This document shows positions 19,685 through 34,345 of a stretch of DNA of 64,000 bases, piece by piece (position 1 is the stretch's first letter; each line of letters opens with the position of its first letter). The DNA comes from Paraspadella gotoi (lineage: Eukaryota; Animalia; Chaetognatha). The translations under genes and the position numbers were made by a program. The notes under the pieces are model-generated. The model was not told the DNA's origin and ran no database searches. It worked only from the letters and a program-made list of their open reading frames with translations. Location: assembly GCA_051294375.1 (NCBI GenBank), contig CM119271.1, positions 2,060,677-2,124,676 of the forward strand, written 5' to 3'.

Positions 19685-22600
19685 TTAATCGTTACCCAAT
19701 TTTTTGTCGTCTCCTTGAAGGTGAAGAGAAGTCGTTGAGGAAAGGGAAAACTTCATGGATCCTCCAGCGAGGCCGCTCGAGAGGCCGGCGGTCATTACGC
19801 CGCTAAATCCCGACGCCGTGGAATAGAGGGAAGACGTTTCCGCCTTTAACAAAATAGCATCTTTCTGGGCGGAGATGAGTTGCGAAAAGTTTCTCTGCGA
19901 GGGAGTCAGCACCTTTTTTGAAAATAAAGATCGGGGTGGAAGTGGGAGAATAAACTTTAATTTAACTTGCAAATATATTTTTTGGAATAATTAATTTGCA
20001 ATATATAGCTAATTTGTACCAACGATGGATCTGATTGTCTCGCTCAATTATTATTATCTCCTTGTTTATTTGTGTTAATATAAAACCCCTCTAATTTCTC
20101 CGTAATAAACTATTTTAAACGATCGTATAAACTTATAAACTCACCATGCGAATTCCGTCGACGGCGCGAAAAAGTGCGTCGGGGTCGACCGACTCTGGCA
20201 ACTTGGAGAGAAACTGACCCAAGAGGATGAAGTCGAGAACGAGGAGGTCGTCTTCGAAGAGCGAGAGGATCCCCAGCGCAGCGCGGAAGAGAAACTCGTC
20301 TCCGTCGCGGAGGAACACATCCCACACGCGACACGCTACGTCCAGGGGAAGTGCCTGGGGTGGAAAGTGGGTTAAGTTATGAATGGGTAACATCACTCAT
20401 CAGTTTTTAAAAAGAAAACTTACCTTGCAGTAGAGCGTGAATATCCACTCGAGGAGGTACATTTCCGGCGTGAACGTCAACTCGGAAAAGTGATTCCAGA
20501 GAAGGGGGAGGTTTTCCTTGAAAAACTCGTCGTAGGTGGAAAAGTAAATCTTCATCAAGGGTTCGTCCATGCGGAAAAATGCCAACTGGAATGGAGAGAT
20601 AAACGTTTGAGCGGTGAAGAGAACGAAATGGTCGTCGAAAGTGGAAAGTCACCTGACAGGGTCGGTTTAGTAAGTTGGCGAAGGATATAAACGCCTCGGC
20701 GACGTCCATGTTGAGAAGGAGAAACGCTGGGGGAAAAAAATACATTAAAATAAATAAATCAATAACAATAAACATTTTTTTAAAAAATTTCAGCTGTATT
20801 ATGTAATTTAGTACGATCAATTCCAAATCTAGATTAAAATTTGAATTACCCGCCAGAAAAGACATCCCTTGGACGTATCCGACGTCGGGACGGTAAGTCG
20901 CGTAGGCGCCCAACAAGCTGTGCAGGATGTCGTAGTAGGGGCCGCCTTGTTGAAATATGCACAAGTGGGGAAAGGTTCTGGAAGTGAAAAGAAAAGCAGG
21001 GAAATATGGTTTAGATCTATCGTGACGCAAGTTTATCTTCAATTTGAACTTTTTATGACTCAAAGCGTCGAACCGAGAGACGTCGAGGCGGATCAAGTCG
21101 ACGGTTCCCTCCCGATCGAAGGGCGAAGCGAAGGAGGAAAGACCCGAGAGCGAAGATCCGTCGGGAGAGTCGGATCCATCTGGCGGAGAAAGGAAGAACG
21201 AGGGACAGGACGGCGAGACCTGAGAAAAAAAAAGTGTAATGGATTATTCGATACCTTACCCTTTCAGCATTCAAATCGTCTTACGTGAATTCCGGCGGGA
21301 GATTCGTCCAGGTTTTGACAGGAGCTGGACGTCACCAATGACGCCGAGGTAGATGGACGTTGCAGGTGAACGGCGGCGGCGACGACGGGACAGCATGACG
21401 GGGCGACGGGCGGGACGTCGGCTTCGTCGACGATCGCTTCGTTATCGGCGGGTAGGTTCGCTTCGAGCGGGTGGGGATTCCGCGGATGGGAAGGGGACGA
21501 GTTGGAGGAGACGGCCGCTGGTATCGACTGAGGAAAGAAGCAAGCGAGAAGTAGGAAACGTGAAATCTTCGGGTGATCCTTTATCGAACAAAAATACGAA
21601 ACGCGCTTGGATGGGGAAAAAAATCTCACCGTCTGACTCTGAGCCAAGGAGCGCGGAGTTCCGCCCGTGAGACTTTGGTGAAAGGCTTCTCGGTTCTCCC
21701 TCCGTTTCGCCTCGTGCATCGCCATCAGTTTTAAAGCGCGAAGAGCGCAGATTTCGTAGAGCTGACCCGTGATGTTCAAGTCGTTTCCTGGGGGGTGGAT
21801 GGGATGAATTAAATAATATTTATAAAAGTGATTGCTCTAGATGAGATGATGACGTTTAAAACCCAACCCACCGATGGCCAAGCGCCAGACTTTGCCGCGG
21901 ACGGCGGACGGGAGACCGTTCCACCACAAATCCCTCGTTCTTCTGAGGCCCTTCTCCCGATCCCAGTTGGGCAGAATCTCGATGAGCCAGATCTTGGACG
22001 CCTCCACCCGGGCGTCCTCAGCCTTGAGCCTCTCCGCCACCTGTTTCCGCTTGATCTTGGCCTCTTTCATCTCTCGCTTCTTGGCCTCTTGCACCATCTC
22101 CTCGTAAAGTTGTCGGTGTTTCTGTTCCTCCTCGAAAGACTTGGGCGGAAGGTTCGCCGGACGCGGCTGAGGAAAAATAGAGTAGGTTGGTGATAAAAAA
22201 CGTTCCTGAAATTTCTCGAATTTCATTATTTCATAACAATCGTTATCGATGTATCAATGACACAGAGAAGTCAAACACACAATGAGTTAATAAACTAGAC
22301 TATGAGAGGTATTTACCAACATAGCCTGTCCAAAGTCGGGGGCAATAAAGCTAGTTCATTGATTGAATGAACAATTCATTCGGTTAAATCACCTGAAGAA
22401 TAAGCGCCGTCGTGGAACTCGGGACGACCTCTTCTCCGGTCAACGAGGACGTGGATCCGATGACGGAATCTCTCAACGACCCCAGGACCTTTTTGGGCGA
22501 GGCAATCGTAATGGCCGCCGGCGAGAGGGGCGGCGCCGACGCCGCCACCGTCGACTCTTCCTTCCCTTCATCCTTGGATCGTGGGGAATCGCTAGGGGTC

Positions 22601-25141
22601 GAGTCGGATTCCGAAGTTGGGGGCGTATAACTGAGCGGCGACGCTGCTCTGGAGGAAGTGATACTGCGCGGAAGCAGCCGCCAACCGGAGTGCTGCTGCT
22701 GCTGCGTCGACGGGGACTGCTTTGGTTGATCGGGTTGGGAATTATGCTGCGGCAAGTGTCTAGATTGAAGCGGGGGCTTTTTGCGCGAGAAGAAACCTCG
22801 GGATAGGAATCCTGTGATGCGGGGCGAGACGAGGTTGAAGAGAAAAATAAAGGCTTTTTGGTTAATTTTAGGACGAATATAGTTTTCTTTACCAGTGATT
22901 CCAGTCTTTTTGGTGTGACCAGAAGAGGAAGACACGGCGGGGCCGGCGCCATCCTCGCAAGAGTCTTTGTTAGCACCGGAAGTGAGCGTGAGTTCGAACG
23001 AGGCCTCGACGGCGTCGTTCGAAGATTCCCGCGGAGGAAGACGAGCGTCGCTTTCGTCTCGGCGTTCCGGGACGGCGGCGACGAAGATGTCGATCGGGGG
23101 CGCCGGCGAGACGGCGTGCGTCATGGTGGGCGTGGAGGACGGCGTCAACGACGGCGTCGCAAGCGGCGCCTGATCCAACGAATTTCGAAGCGATGAAAAG
23201 TTGGAATCGTCCGTTTGAAACGCCGAATCGGTGTCCGACCTTGAAAAATGAAAGGTTTTACGCACTTAAAAATTTTTATATGTGGGGTAAAAATCAATAA
23301 TTTCTTTTAATAATGGCCAAACCAAATACCTCAATGGTACAATGACTAAATGTTTTAATGTTACAATGATCAAGACATTACATTTTATTACAATATAGAG
23401 AGGGAACTCGCCTATTCTCGGTGTCATTTCCGAAAGCGTCGCCCGCGAGGTTGAAGACCGCAGATTCGCCGGAGACGGAACTGAAGCAAGAGCTCACTGA
23501 CGACGCCTCGTTGTCGGTCATCGTGCGGCCAGGCTGCTGCTGCTGCTGCTGCGAGAGATGGCGCTGCGAGTGAGGCGAAGGACGCGGCGCTAAAAGTTGC
23601 TGCTTTGGAAGTTGTTGTTGCTGTGGTTCAGGTGATTGTTGTTGCTGCGAGTCCGGGAGGGAACGAACGGAATGAGAGACGAACGAACGAGGAGCGACAT
23701 CCCTCGAAAAGCCTGTTTAAAGAGAAATACGAGAATTTTATTTTTTTTTAATTTGTCGGATTATTGAACGAAAACAAAAGCACAAAAATAAAGAAGGGTA
23801 CTACTAGTAATAATTTTTTTTTTTTATTAGAAGAGAGCGAGAATGGTCCCCCAGGGTCACGTGACGAAAATGCACAAAAGAAAAAAAAAAGATTTTGAAG
23901 TATCTCTTTGATAGTTTTCCTTTCGCTTGATCTCTTGAAAAATAATACAAAGATGCAAATCGAATCTTAAAAAGGATTTTATAACGTGACCAGCGATTCG
24001 ACATTGAAAACAAACCGCTCCAGAATACATAAACCGCAAAAATTACGCCTTAAAACTCACCTGGCATTTTCTCCATCTCCGAAACCACTTCGTCTTCCGA
24101 ACCCCTAGGGCATCCTCCTCCTCTTCCACTTCCTCCTCCTTCGATCTTCGCAGGGGAATCGCATTCTCGTTCCGACGGACTCTTTTCCCACGAACCCTCT
24201 TCCTCTTCTTCAGCCTCCTCCTCCTCCTCCAAACATTTACGGTTCGACGACGACGGTGATGACTCATCGGTTCCGACGGTTCTTCCCGATTCATCCTCGT
24301 TTCCTTCATCGTCTCCTTTCCTATTCGAGGGGAGGATTCCGAAGTCGGAATCTTCCGACGGCCGAGAGAGGTCGCTTTCCGGCGACGAACCCGGTGGAGC
24401 CAATTCCGACGCGCCGAAACACTCCGGCGCGGCGTCAAAGTTGGTATCACAGGCGGCGTTATGAGCGGTACGAAGCGATTCGTCCGCGGGTTGACTAGCG
24501 TGAGAGTTCATTTGCGATTGTTGTTGCTGTTGCTGCTGGTTTTGTTGTTGTTGTTGTTTTTCCGGCTGTTTTTGAGGCAGAAGCTGGAGTTGTTTCGAGA
24601 CGGGGTTGTAACAGAGCTGGATGGATTCCAAAACGCGCGTCATGTTGTTCTGCCCTTCGGCGTAAGAGACGGCCACGCCGAGGCCCTCGTTGAAGACGGC
24701 CCGAGGTTTGCCCGGCGGCGAACACGGCCAAGACGAGGGCTCCGCCGCGCCGCAACGATGCGCATCTTCCAGTGACGCTCGACACGATTCGCCGGCGTCG
24801 GCGACCGACCCTTTGCACGCAAGATGCTTACCGACGGCGCCGAGCGACGGCGGCCACGAGAGAGAGCGCGCCTCGGCGCTGGCGGCGGCTCGACCGACGC
24901 GGCCAGAAACGAGAAGTGAGGGGCGCGAGTCGTCGATCTTGGCGAAGGCGCTTAGCGGAGGTGGCGCCGCCGAATCCGTCGAAGCCGCGGCCTCTAATGA
25001 CGCTTTTCCGACGCGGAAGAAAGTCTCGTCGTCGACGATCCGAGTCTCCAGTTTCGATGATTCGGCGGTTTTCGGTCGTCGTCGGCCTCGTGTCTCCGAC
25101 GCGGAGTTGGCGCGACGAAACGACAACGACATTCTCGCCAC
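19685..25141 (-). CDS. TBC1D12/TBC1D14-like Rab-GAP, multi-exon; start approximate
   Basis: [44 protein letters not shown]|[33 protein letters not shown]; the N-terminal [13 protein letters not shown] segment is typical of invertebrate TBC1D12/14. Confidence 0.9.
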
Positions 25142-25578
25142 ATCGACGACGACGAGGATCGACCTTTAGAGACTTTTTTCTTCTTTTTTTTCAAGTCGAC
25201 ATTTTTTTAATTTTTTCTCGTTTTTGAACGGTGAGCGCGAGATTTGGGGGATCAAGGGAAATAAAATTTCGGCCTTAAAATTATAAAAATACATTTAACA
25301 AAATAAGCATGCGCTAAAAGCGGCAAAATGTATGTGAATACATTTTTTGGTGAAAAAATGAAAATAGATAATCGAGAAAATTAGTTTTAATTTAAGAATA
25401 ATAACGTAATTTCAATGCACGATTTAATGAATAAACTAGAAGAATGGCAACAAAACAGTTTTCATCACGAAAACCCCTCTTAAATTATAATCCTCATCTA
25501 TCCCCTTCTTCCTATACTGTGGGCAACATTGTGGTCGACCGTGCCGCCGTGTGGTTAACTGACATTGTGGTTCATACG

Positions 25579-27056
25579 TTAGAGGGTCTCGTGCTTCTCA
25601 AGCCCGGCCGGCGTCCGCCGGCATCGCCCACAACAATCACCCTCTAACACCGGCTCCCGCCCGAGGCTCGACTTGGCCACCCTCTTTAAGTGCTTCAGTC
25701 CCGATTGATGCTGGGTCAATTGCGTCAACGACGTCATGGTGACGCGGCAGACGTCACAACGGAAGGCGGGCACGGTGGGACGGAATTTGACGGGCGGAGG
25801 ACGAGGAATCGAGGGGCAGTAATCCCGAGGGCGGGAGTCTGTGGGATCTAGTCGTGATTCCGGGGATCGACGGGAGGGATCGAGGGCACGGACGACGGTG
25901 ACTTGAGAACCGGCGCCGCCTGAGGGGTTGGGAGATGTGGGGGAGAATTACGGTAAGAGCTTTGAAGAGGGAGGTGTCGCGGGAGTGTTAAGTTTGATAA
26001 ACTAGAAATTTGACAGATTTAAGAGAGGATTTCGATGTGCGATGGAATCGTTGTACCATTTCCATTTGCCTGTGGATGGTAGGCCGTGGTGGGAGCCATT
26101 TTGAAACCAACCGTTTCTGACAGTTGGCGCCACACAACTTCATATCAAGTCTACTGATTTATCACCTCAGAGAACTCGGGATATAAAACATACTCAATTC
26201 CCTCCCAACCTGGTCTAGTGACGTCAGCGGAAGCGGCCTCCAGCGTCTCGTCGAGCTTAACGGCGCCCTCTTTGAGCGCCTCTAACTTCTTTCGATGCTT
26301 CTTTCCGCCAAAGTGAGTCTGCGCCACTTGGGCGCTCGGCATCGTCACGCTGCAAAGGTCACAACGAAGTTTTCCGTTTTCTCCGCGAGGAGCGTTGGCG
26401 TCGATCAACCGCCTTACCAAGATGTCTAACATTTTGTAAAAGGGAATAATGGTAAATATTAAAATTATAATCGGTATTTATTGGGCGTTAATCTTCTACA
26501 AAACTTTAAATTGAGCAGACCTGCCGGAACGGGAGAAACGTCGACGTCGCCGAGCTCTTCCTCGGCGGAGGACCGAATGAGTTCGTCGGAGCCTCGAAGA
26601 GCCACCTTCAAACGTTTAGCGTGACTCTTTCCTAAAATTATTTTAGGGATCAAATAATAACAGTTTGAAACAAGAGCTTCGGAAGGAGGATAGTAATATT
26701 AGTTTGAATAGCCCACCCGCGAAGTGTTGCTCCATCTGCAGAGAGGCGTTGAGAGAGATCTTGCAAATGTCACACCATTGAGTCGGCGTCGACGCCGGCT
26801 GATCCCATTTTTTGACGTTCTGTATTCCGCCGCGTCTTTTCTTGACTCCCACCTTCTCTACTAATACTTCAGATTTATCGGTACAAAAGGATTTAAATCC
26901 TGACAAAAGCGACGACGATTTTTTGACGAGGGGCAGTGGATGCGTGGGAGGAGCGAGAGGAGCAAGCGGCAGGGAGCGGGAAGAGGCGAGGGGAGCGGCA
27001 AGCGTCGCGGCGAAAGAGTCAAGGAATCGAGCGGCGAGAGTTTCCGCCGTCGCCAT
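25579..27056 (-). CDS. ZNF385/ZMAT (JAZ/Wig-1-like) matrin-type zinc-finger protein, probably dsRNA-binding
   Basis: Three C-x2-C-x12-H-x5-H fingers: WCDICKISLNASLQMEQHFAG|KSHAKR, RCDLCSVTMPSAQVAQTHFGGKKHRKK, RCDVCRVTMTSLTQLTQHQSGLKHLKR. Confidence 0.85.
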
Positions 27057-28551
27057 ACTGTAGATGATCATAATATTTAAAAGATATCGCAGTAATGAAA
27101 ATACTAAGGCACCAATATATAAAAAATATATAAAAACAGTCAATTTTCCTTTTAATAACTTAATAACAAGTCAATCAAAAAAAATGAGCTATAGTAATCA
27201 AACCTAAACAATCAGGTAAAAGGTTGTAAAATCAGTTTTTTATTTAGTCGATGAGTTTAACGAACCAACAATACTAGCAAATATTGTAATAGTATCACAG
27301 TCAGAAAACATTAAAAAAAGATAGCGCTAATATATTGGAAGCTGGACGGCTGATTTGAATATAAAACCATAAGTAGTGTAGTCTGGTGATTTTTTATTTT
27401 TATTAAGAAAATTTTTTTTCACGTGCTGTCATGTAACAGACATCGTTAGCTTTCGTATGATACCTCACATGATGCATTAAAATTATTTTATGATAGCATT
27501 ATGACATAAAATAAAAAAAAATTGTGATAATTTTTTTCTGCCAGGCCTCGTAGACACAGCTAAATCTTAAAATTTTAAAATCTGATAATACAGTCTTTTA
27601 GCCCTATGTCAGTAGTTTTTAAATCAGGGGAACAAAGTTTAAACTCCTAAATTATCATATTTAAATCATATGTTTTTTAAGGTTCCTACATGAATTTTTT
27701 AAATTTTTTTGTTTTCAACAAAATGATAATCATTATCCTTAGTAATTATATAAACATTTGAGGTATAGAAAATTTTTGTTTATATCAGAAATATAATTAA
27801 ATTTTTTCTCTTTCAGAATCTATATTTATTTATTTTTTAAAATGTGGCCAAGTGTGTTTAATTTAATTTCAAAAGTTGTTATACTTTTGACTAAGATTCC
27901 GATCAAGAATTTTAAAAAATCCTTTGAAACATTTAAAAAAAAATTATATGGAAAAGATGCCCCATAATTATGGCTTTAATATGATACCAGTCTCATCGTT
28001 CTATCATTTTTGGTTCAAAAGATATCAAAGAAAATCAATTTTTTTATTACCAATTGACTCGGCCGAAGCTAAAAATTTAGGTGGAACCAAACCAAACAAC
28101 TTGCTTTCAAGTCATATCGCGTCTATGCGCGTCTACATAGGTCAATTTTAAAAACAGATTTGGAATCCTCAAACGCATATTTACTAGTAACCTAACGACA
28201 TCAAGTGACGGAAGTATGGTTCTCTTATTATATAAAAAAGAAAAATTAATTCTAATATATTAAGTTAATATCTATCGATTTCAATGAAAAAAAAGGCACT
28301 AGATATAGTGCATGTGATTGAACAATGTTTTCGCAATAATAATTTTATCAATTTTATGTATTTTGTAAGTATTTTAAGTATTTTTATTCAGTGAGTAAAA
28401 TAACAACTTTTTTATTCGCTAATTTTTATCTCGGACGCTTAACGCCAGACGTCCCTACCATAAGGCCAATTTAATAGATTAAACCAAAATTATTATTAAA
28501 AATACGCTCATGGCGAAATGTCGTCTTCTCCAAAACATCTTTATTCTTTAA

Positions 28552-31500
28552 TCAAAAGGAAAACATGTTGTCATCATCATCATCATCATCGAAATCATCG
28601 TAAACGTCGAATTGGAAAGACTCGCATTTAATTTTAAAGGGGGCGTTTTTCCAGGAAAACTTATACGGCGGCTGCGGTTTACGAGTCTTTCGGTCCGCGT
28701 ATTTCACCGACTCGGCCTTCAACGTGATTTGGGGTCCGCGGTAAGAAGTTCCCCTGCGAAAGGTGATCTCGACGCCGATCTTGTTATCGATGCAATGACC
28801 GCACAATATCCTTGGGTGTGAGAGTAAAACCGAAACTGTGAGAGTGAAACAAAAACGTAAATGATCGCAAAAGAGTCCATTTCATCCCCTTACTGATTTA
28901 ATCTATCCACTTCTCCGCCGTGGTCGCGGAAATTCGTCAGGTCTCTTCGCGCGATCCTATCCTCGACGCTGTGGTCAGTAACCAAATGATGGTTGGTTTC
29001 TTTGATCTTGACAATTTTATCGGCCGGGCAGATGAGCTTAAAGCATTTGGCGCAAACGATATCGTAATCCACCGCCATTTCCACATACTTTTTCCGATTC
29101 TCGCGCTCGGCTCTTTTCGTCTTGTAAATTTTATCTTGGGTCGCGCGGATTTTTTTCGTCCAGCGAGCCGGGTCCTCTCTGAACACTTGAGCGTAGCGAT
29201 CCAAGGCGTCGTTCATAGCTTTAATGAGGTTTTTATTCCGGATTTCGCGCTGATGCTCCGGTGAATCTGAAAACGGGCGACAAATCTTCAGAGTAAGAAG
29301 AGAGCTCGACTAAGAACGACGCTCTCGTCTAACATCTTAGCTCACCGCCAATGACTATGAGGTAACACTGCGAGCCTTCCTTTCTCGCTCTGCCGACGGC
29401 CTGCGTCGCACCGATCTCGTTACTGACGAAGTGATATCGAATGACGACGTTGCACTGCGGGATGTCGATTCCTTCCTGAGCAATATCCGTCGCGACCAGG
29501 AGATTGTCGTAGCCGTTTCGAAAGCGATTCAAATTTTTTTCCACCTCGAGGTCGGACATCTCGTCTTGACCGACAAGGCGGACGGGACGGATGACTGAAA
29601 TTTCGAGAATGTGTAAACAAAGCTATTATCCAATACAGAAGGCTTCATATTATAAAATGTAGTACCCTTTTTTGTGACCAGAATCTGTTCCCACCAAACT
29701 ACCCAATCGAATTTAATGATATTTTACATTTAGAGTGCTAATGACTAATGACGCAGTCCCTGAGAAAAAAAACCAAAAAAACCCGATGTTGCGATAGCAA
29801 AATGATAACATGCACGAATGCGATGCTAAATTTTACGAGTTCAATCCTAATTCAATTTTTTTTTCTAATAAAGTGAGAGAGAGAGAGAGAAAAAAAGAAA
29901 GAAATCAAAAGGCAGCAGCAGAAGCAGCAGGAGAAAAGAGAGAGCCCTTGCAGAGCCAGCTGCATACTCGTTTTTTTCCCTACGAATCAGTGACTAGGGA
30001 AAAGAGAGAGGGAGAGAGACATATAATTAAAAGAGAAAAGAGAGAGAGAAAGAAATATAAAAATAAAAGAGAAAATTTGTTTGTTTTGATAAAAAGTAAA
30101 CAAAACATATTTAATAACTGTCCTGACTCAATTTTAAGCACATCGATGATGAGAAGCTGTATATAAATTTTCAGCTTCATAAACCCAAATTTAATCATAA
30201 AAAAGCGATCTATAATTTGGAACGCCGCCGACGACAACGACGCTAAGCGATTGCGACGATAAAAATCCATTCGTATGATACATACCCTTGGATAGGGCCT
30301 CATCGGACTTGATGATATCGATGGCGGCCACGGTGGAAAACTTATGTTGAACTAACAAAATCCCCCGCGCGTCGGGCGAAGAAAAGAGATTCAATAATTT
30401 TTCTTTGAGCTTATCGAGAATTGGATTCGCTTTCTCATCGACGTCCACGGAGAACTTTTCTAAATCCTTCACCCTCTGTAGATTAATTGATTGATTGATT
30501 GATTGATTTACGGACGATATGAATCCGCGGCTAAAAACTCCCCTTCCCCAAAACTCACCTCCCGCCAGAGATTTTTAACTTGATTGATAAACTTCATTTC
30601 GGATTCGTCCTCGAGCGCGAGAAACGGAAGACGCTCGTTTGTGTTAAGAAAGGTGACAACGTCCCGACAACGGAGAATTTTGAGAAAAGAAAACGCCTAG
30701 GGAAATAGATGATTTCTCCTAAATATACTAGATATACTACTACTATCCCTCCAAGACATTTGAAAGACTCACCTTGCTAAACTCTTTCAAATATCCCGCA
30801 GCCACGTTCCTCTCCTTATCGTTCTCCTCGCACTCTCTCATGATTTTATCGATTTTCGTCAAAGCCTCTTGCTCCCCGAGCGTCATGTCCCGCAAGTCGA
30901 TGGGCTTGTCGAGGAAACCAACGGCGTCTTTGACGAATCGAAAGAGGAAATCGGAGAAGCCCGAATCGAACCTTCTCCTCACCGGGAGAATCTCCTCCTT
31001 GCTCGGATCTGGACATTGTCGTCTCAGATCGTTGACTTCCGCCTGGGTTCGGGGAAATCGGACCTCAGAAGAGTCCAGGCTAGCGCACATGTCGCCCAAC
31101 TGTTTAAGGGCCTGCTTGGTAAGATCGCTTGGTTTGTTCGATTTGGTTTTTTCTCCTATAAAAAAAAAAAACAAAAAGAAAATTTTTGATTATCCTCATG
31201 ACTATTTCGATGAAGGCAATTCTCGACAGGAAGAAATTACCTGCACCCAAGGAAGCAGACAAACCGATTATTTGGGGAAGGCCTCCGTTGCTCGGTTGGT
31301 ATACAAAATCTTTAGCCTATACCCATATGTATGTAAGGATATATTAATGCTTGGTAAGAATTGGCAAACAGCACATCAGATTACCTCTTCAGTCGGTTCA
31401 AACTTAGTTATTATATATTGTTGCATGACTTTATTATTAGGGTGTTTTCCGGATGTATGATGGCATTCATCCATAATAATCAAAGATACTTGATCCAATT

Positions 31501-33260
31501 TAAAATTGTAGTTTTTTATCAGGAGCGCATTGACTAGAATCTGATTTAAATAATCCACAAAAACTCATGGCATCACAGGACGACATTGTTACTAAAAAAA
31601 AAAATACTTCATAAACTATTACCTGGGCTGTACAACAAACAACTTCCTTATTCCTGACACAGTCGATAAATTCGCTTGTATCTTTTGCGTTTCCGATGCG
31701 GAGATTTTGTGAGTTGAGACATTCAAACGTATCTGAGAATGATTATTGAAAATTACAAAACACTAACGATCTTCTTTATTAAAAACAAGATGAAATTCGG
31801 CACAAAAAAAAAAAAAAAAAAAAACTAAAATACAAAAAAGTTCAAGGAAATAACCAAATCTCGTTACACAAAAATCACAAAACAACGCAAAATAAAATCA
31901 CCGTCGTAAAGTTTCTTCTGCTGGTCGGCCAGATGACGAATAGGCACTAAAAATAAGCAGAGGAATTTTTTTCCCTCAATGGCAGCTTTCATGCAGTGGT
32001 ACTTGGTGATATATGCGGCAATGTGCGTCTTGCCTCCTCCTACGAAGAAACGCGTCGTATTTACAAGGATGATCTTTAGAAACCTAATTCACTTCTCTGT
32101 CGACCGACCTGTTTGTAAAACTATAATCGAGTTCTCTCCTCTAAGACCCGCTTCGGCCATGGACTTTTGGTAATATCTCAAACTCGTGAAAAGCTTGAGC
32201 TGTTCCTCGATCTTGTCGTGATCAATGTTACCGTCCTCCGTGGTGGGAAGTCGGCGAAAGACATCCTCGTCGATCTTTTCGCAAACAAATGACGATTCGT
32301 CTGACGTTGCTTCTTCCATCGTCGTCGACTCTTTCGAATCGACGATCAATTCCGAGACTTTCCCGTCCTTTAAAAAATAAGGGGGCGATTAGTATAACTA
32401 AAAATAATGGTCAATGAAAAATTGATTAAAACCTGGAAAAATGACGTCTCCTCGTCGGAGATTTTCTCGACATCATGATCTTCATCCGTCAAGTTGATCT
32501 CTTCGCCTTTGATGGAATCCGAAAGAGCCGCAACAGATAAGGAAGGATGCTCAAAGCTCCCGTCCGAACGAAGAATTTCCGGGTTGGCGACGGCGCCGTC
32601 CGCGTGTAGCTCATCGGCGGACATTTCCTCGTCGTCATAATCCTCTAAATGGGAAACGACGGTCGGTCGATTCCCCGCATTTTCCACGACGGTTTTCACT
32701 TCCGTTTCGTTTAAAGAAAAGTCAAGAGGCTTGAGAGTTTCTAATCGCTCGATATGATTAACTACCTCGCCAATTTCGGTGGCTTGAGAAGCCTGGATCG
32801 TCCCGAACGCTTGGCTCGAGGAAGGCGCGCGCGAGACGGACGACTCGTCATCCGATTCTGCGAAATGACTCGTCTGGGCGAGCGAAATATCGGAAGGCGC
32901 TGGGTTTTCAAATATATTCAAGTCTCGACCTCCCTGGGCCGTATATAAAGGCCACGTATCCACGGGATCCGCGTCGCCGGAAAAGGGCTCATTCCGTAAT
33001 CGAAGTCGATCCCCGTCGAAAAATTTGTCGATCAAATCGTTTCGGTGAACGTTTTCTAGAAAGTTTCCGAGGGAAGAGCAATCGTTCTCCGAGATAGAAC
33101 CGGTCTTGATGAGAAAGTCAAAAAATTGAAATGGCCTTTCGCATTGTTCCAAAACTCCTTTGGGAACTTTTGATGTAAATTTGATTTTTTCAAACTCTTC
33201 CTGTTTCAATTCCTCAGAGAGTTTTAACAGCGTGACTTTAAAATTGTCGTCTAAAGCCAT
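28552..33260 (-). CDS. DED-containing RIG-I-like receptor, copy 1 (DED - linker - DExH helicase - Zn-binding CTD - acidic tail)
   Basis: N-terminal DED with HRNDL; LRYYQ, VLQT|GGGKT, IIMDECHHT, LPQIIGLSASLG, RGILLV, LLVATDIAQEGIDIPQCNVVIRY, QAVGRAR; CTD CAKC...CGHC; tail DDFDDDDDDD. Confidence 0.92.
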
Positions 33261-34345
33261 GAGCGTCTAAATCACTCGCATCACAACCTATTGCAAAATA
33301 TCACAATCGACGAAAAATCTGAAAAATAAAAAAATATTTCTTTCTGCCTACATAAATTATAATACTACCTTAGGATAAGGTTATGCGTTAGGGGACAAAT
33401 TCCAGATTCACTTGAGTCGTCATCACGACGGAATGCTATTCAAAGAAACTTGGCAAAATTGAGATTGTTCAAAATAAACTCCACTAATAATAAGCGGGAA
33501 AGTTTGTGTAAAAAAAGGCGACGCCAATTGGAGACCATAGCGGTCCATTACTTGATTACGAGAATAAAAGAAAATGTCATCCCTCAAAGAAAATTAAATT
33601 TAAGATGACAAGACTAGAAATCTCCTATGAAATTAAATTCAATAGGGGCGGGGGTTCAAAACTTTAGTCTTGAAGTCTACTTTCAGGTAAAAAAGTTCGA
33701 TTTTAATGCTTTTATTGTAGCTATCAAAATTACAATATTACTATATAATTATATATATTTTTTTAATCAATCTTAACTTTTTTTGATAGATTCTGAAAAA
33801 GCATAAAAAGGTAAATAAAAAATGTAACTACAACTTTCAAAAATTCTTCTTTTCTTGGTAAAAATTAAGAAAAAGTAATAAAATTATCAAAATATAATAA
33901 TGATGATGATTATTAATAATAGTTTTTCATATTTTTCACCCACTTATGATCAAAATATCGAAAAAAGAATTATACTTTGTGAAGACAACTTTTTGCAAGC
34001 TACCTGAATCTGATTTTTAAAATAATAAAATAATAATAATAAAAACAATTTTTAGCCATTCCGATTTATAAATAAATTTTAAAAAAATAATATATAGGGT
34101 AAGGAGTAATATTAATATTTTTTGTCTTTTCAATTTTTTTAAAAAAATGGCTCAATTTTCGTTTGAGCAGTTGCTAAATTCAAATTTCATAACCACCTTA
34201 TTGAGTTAGGCTACCCCTAACAAGACGCAAGAGCCACTAAATAAACAAATGACCTCAGACCCAAACTGGAACTACCGACATTCGAATTAAAAATCCGCAA
34301 AGCGCATCAAAGGATCCCTAAATACAAAAGGGGCCAACGGAATCA

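Noticed and set aside
27360-28230. Possible old DNA-transposon remnant (similar hints at 33365-34225)
   Set aside because: Only short imperfect inverted matches; ends and TSD cannot be defined by eye.
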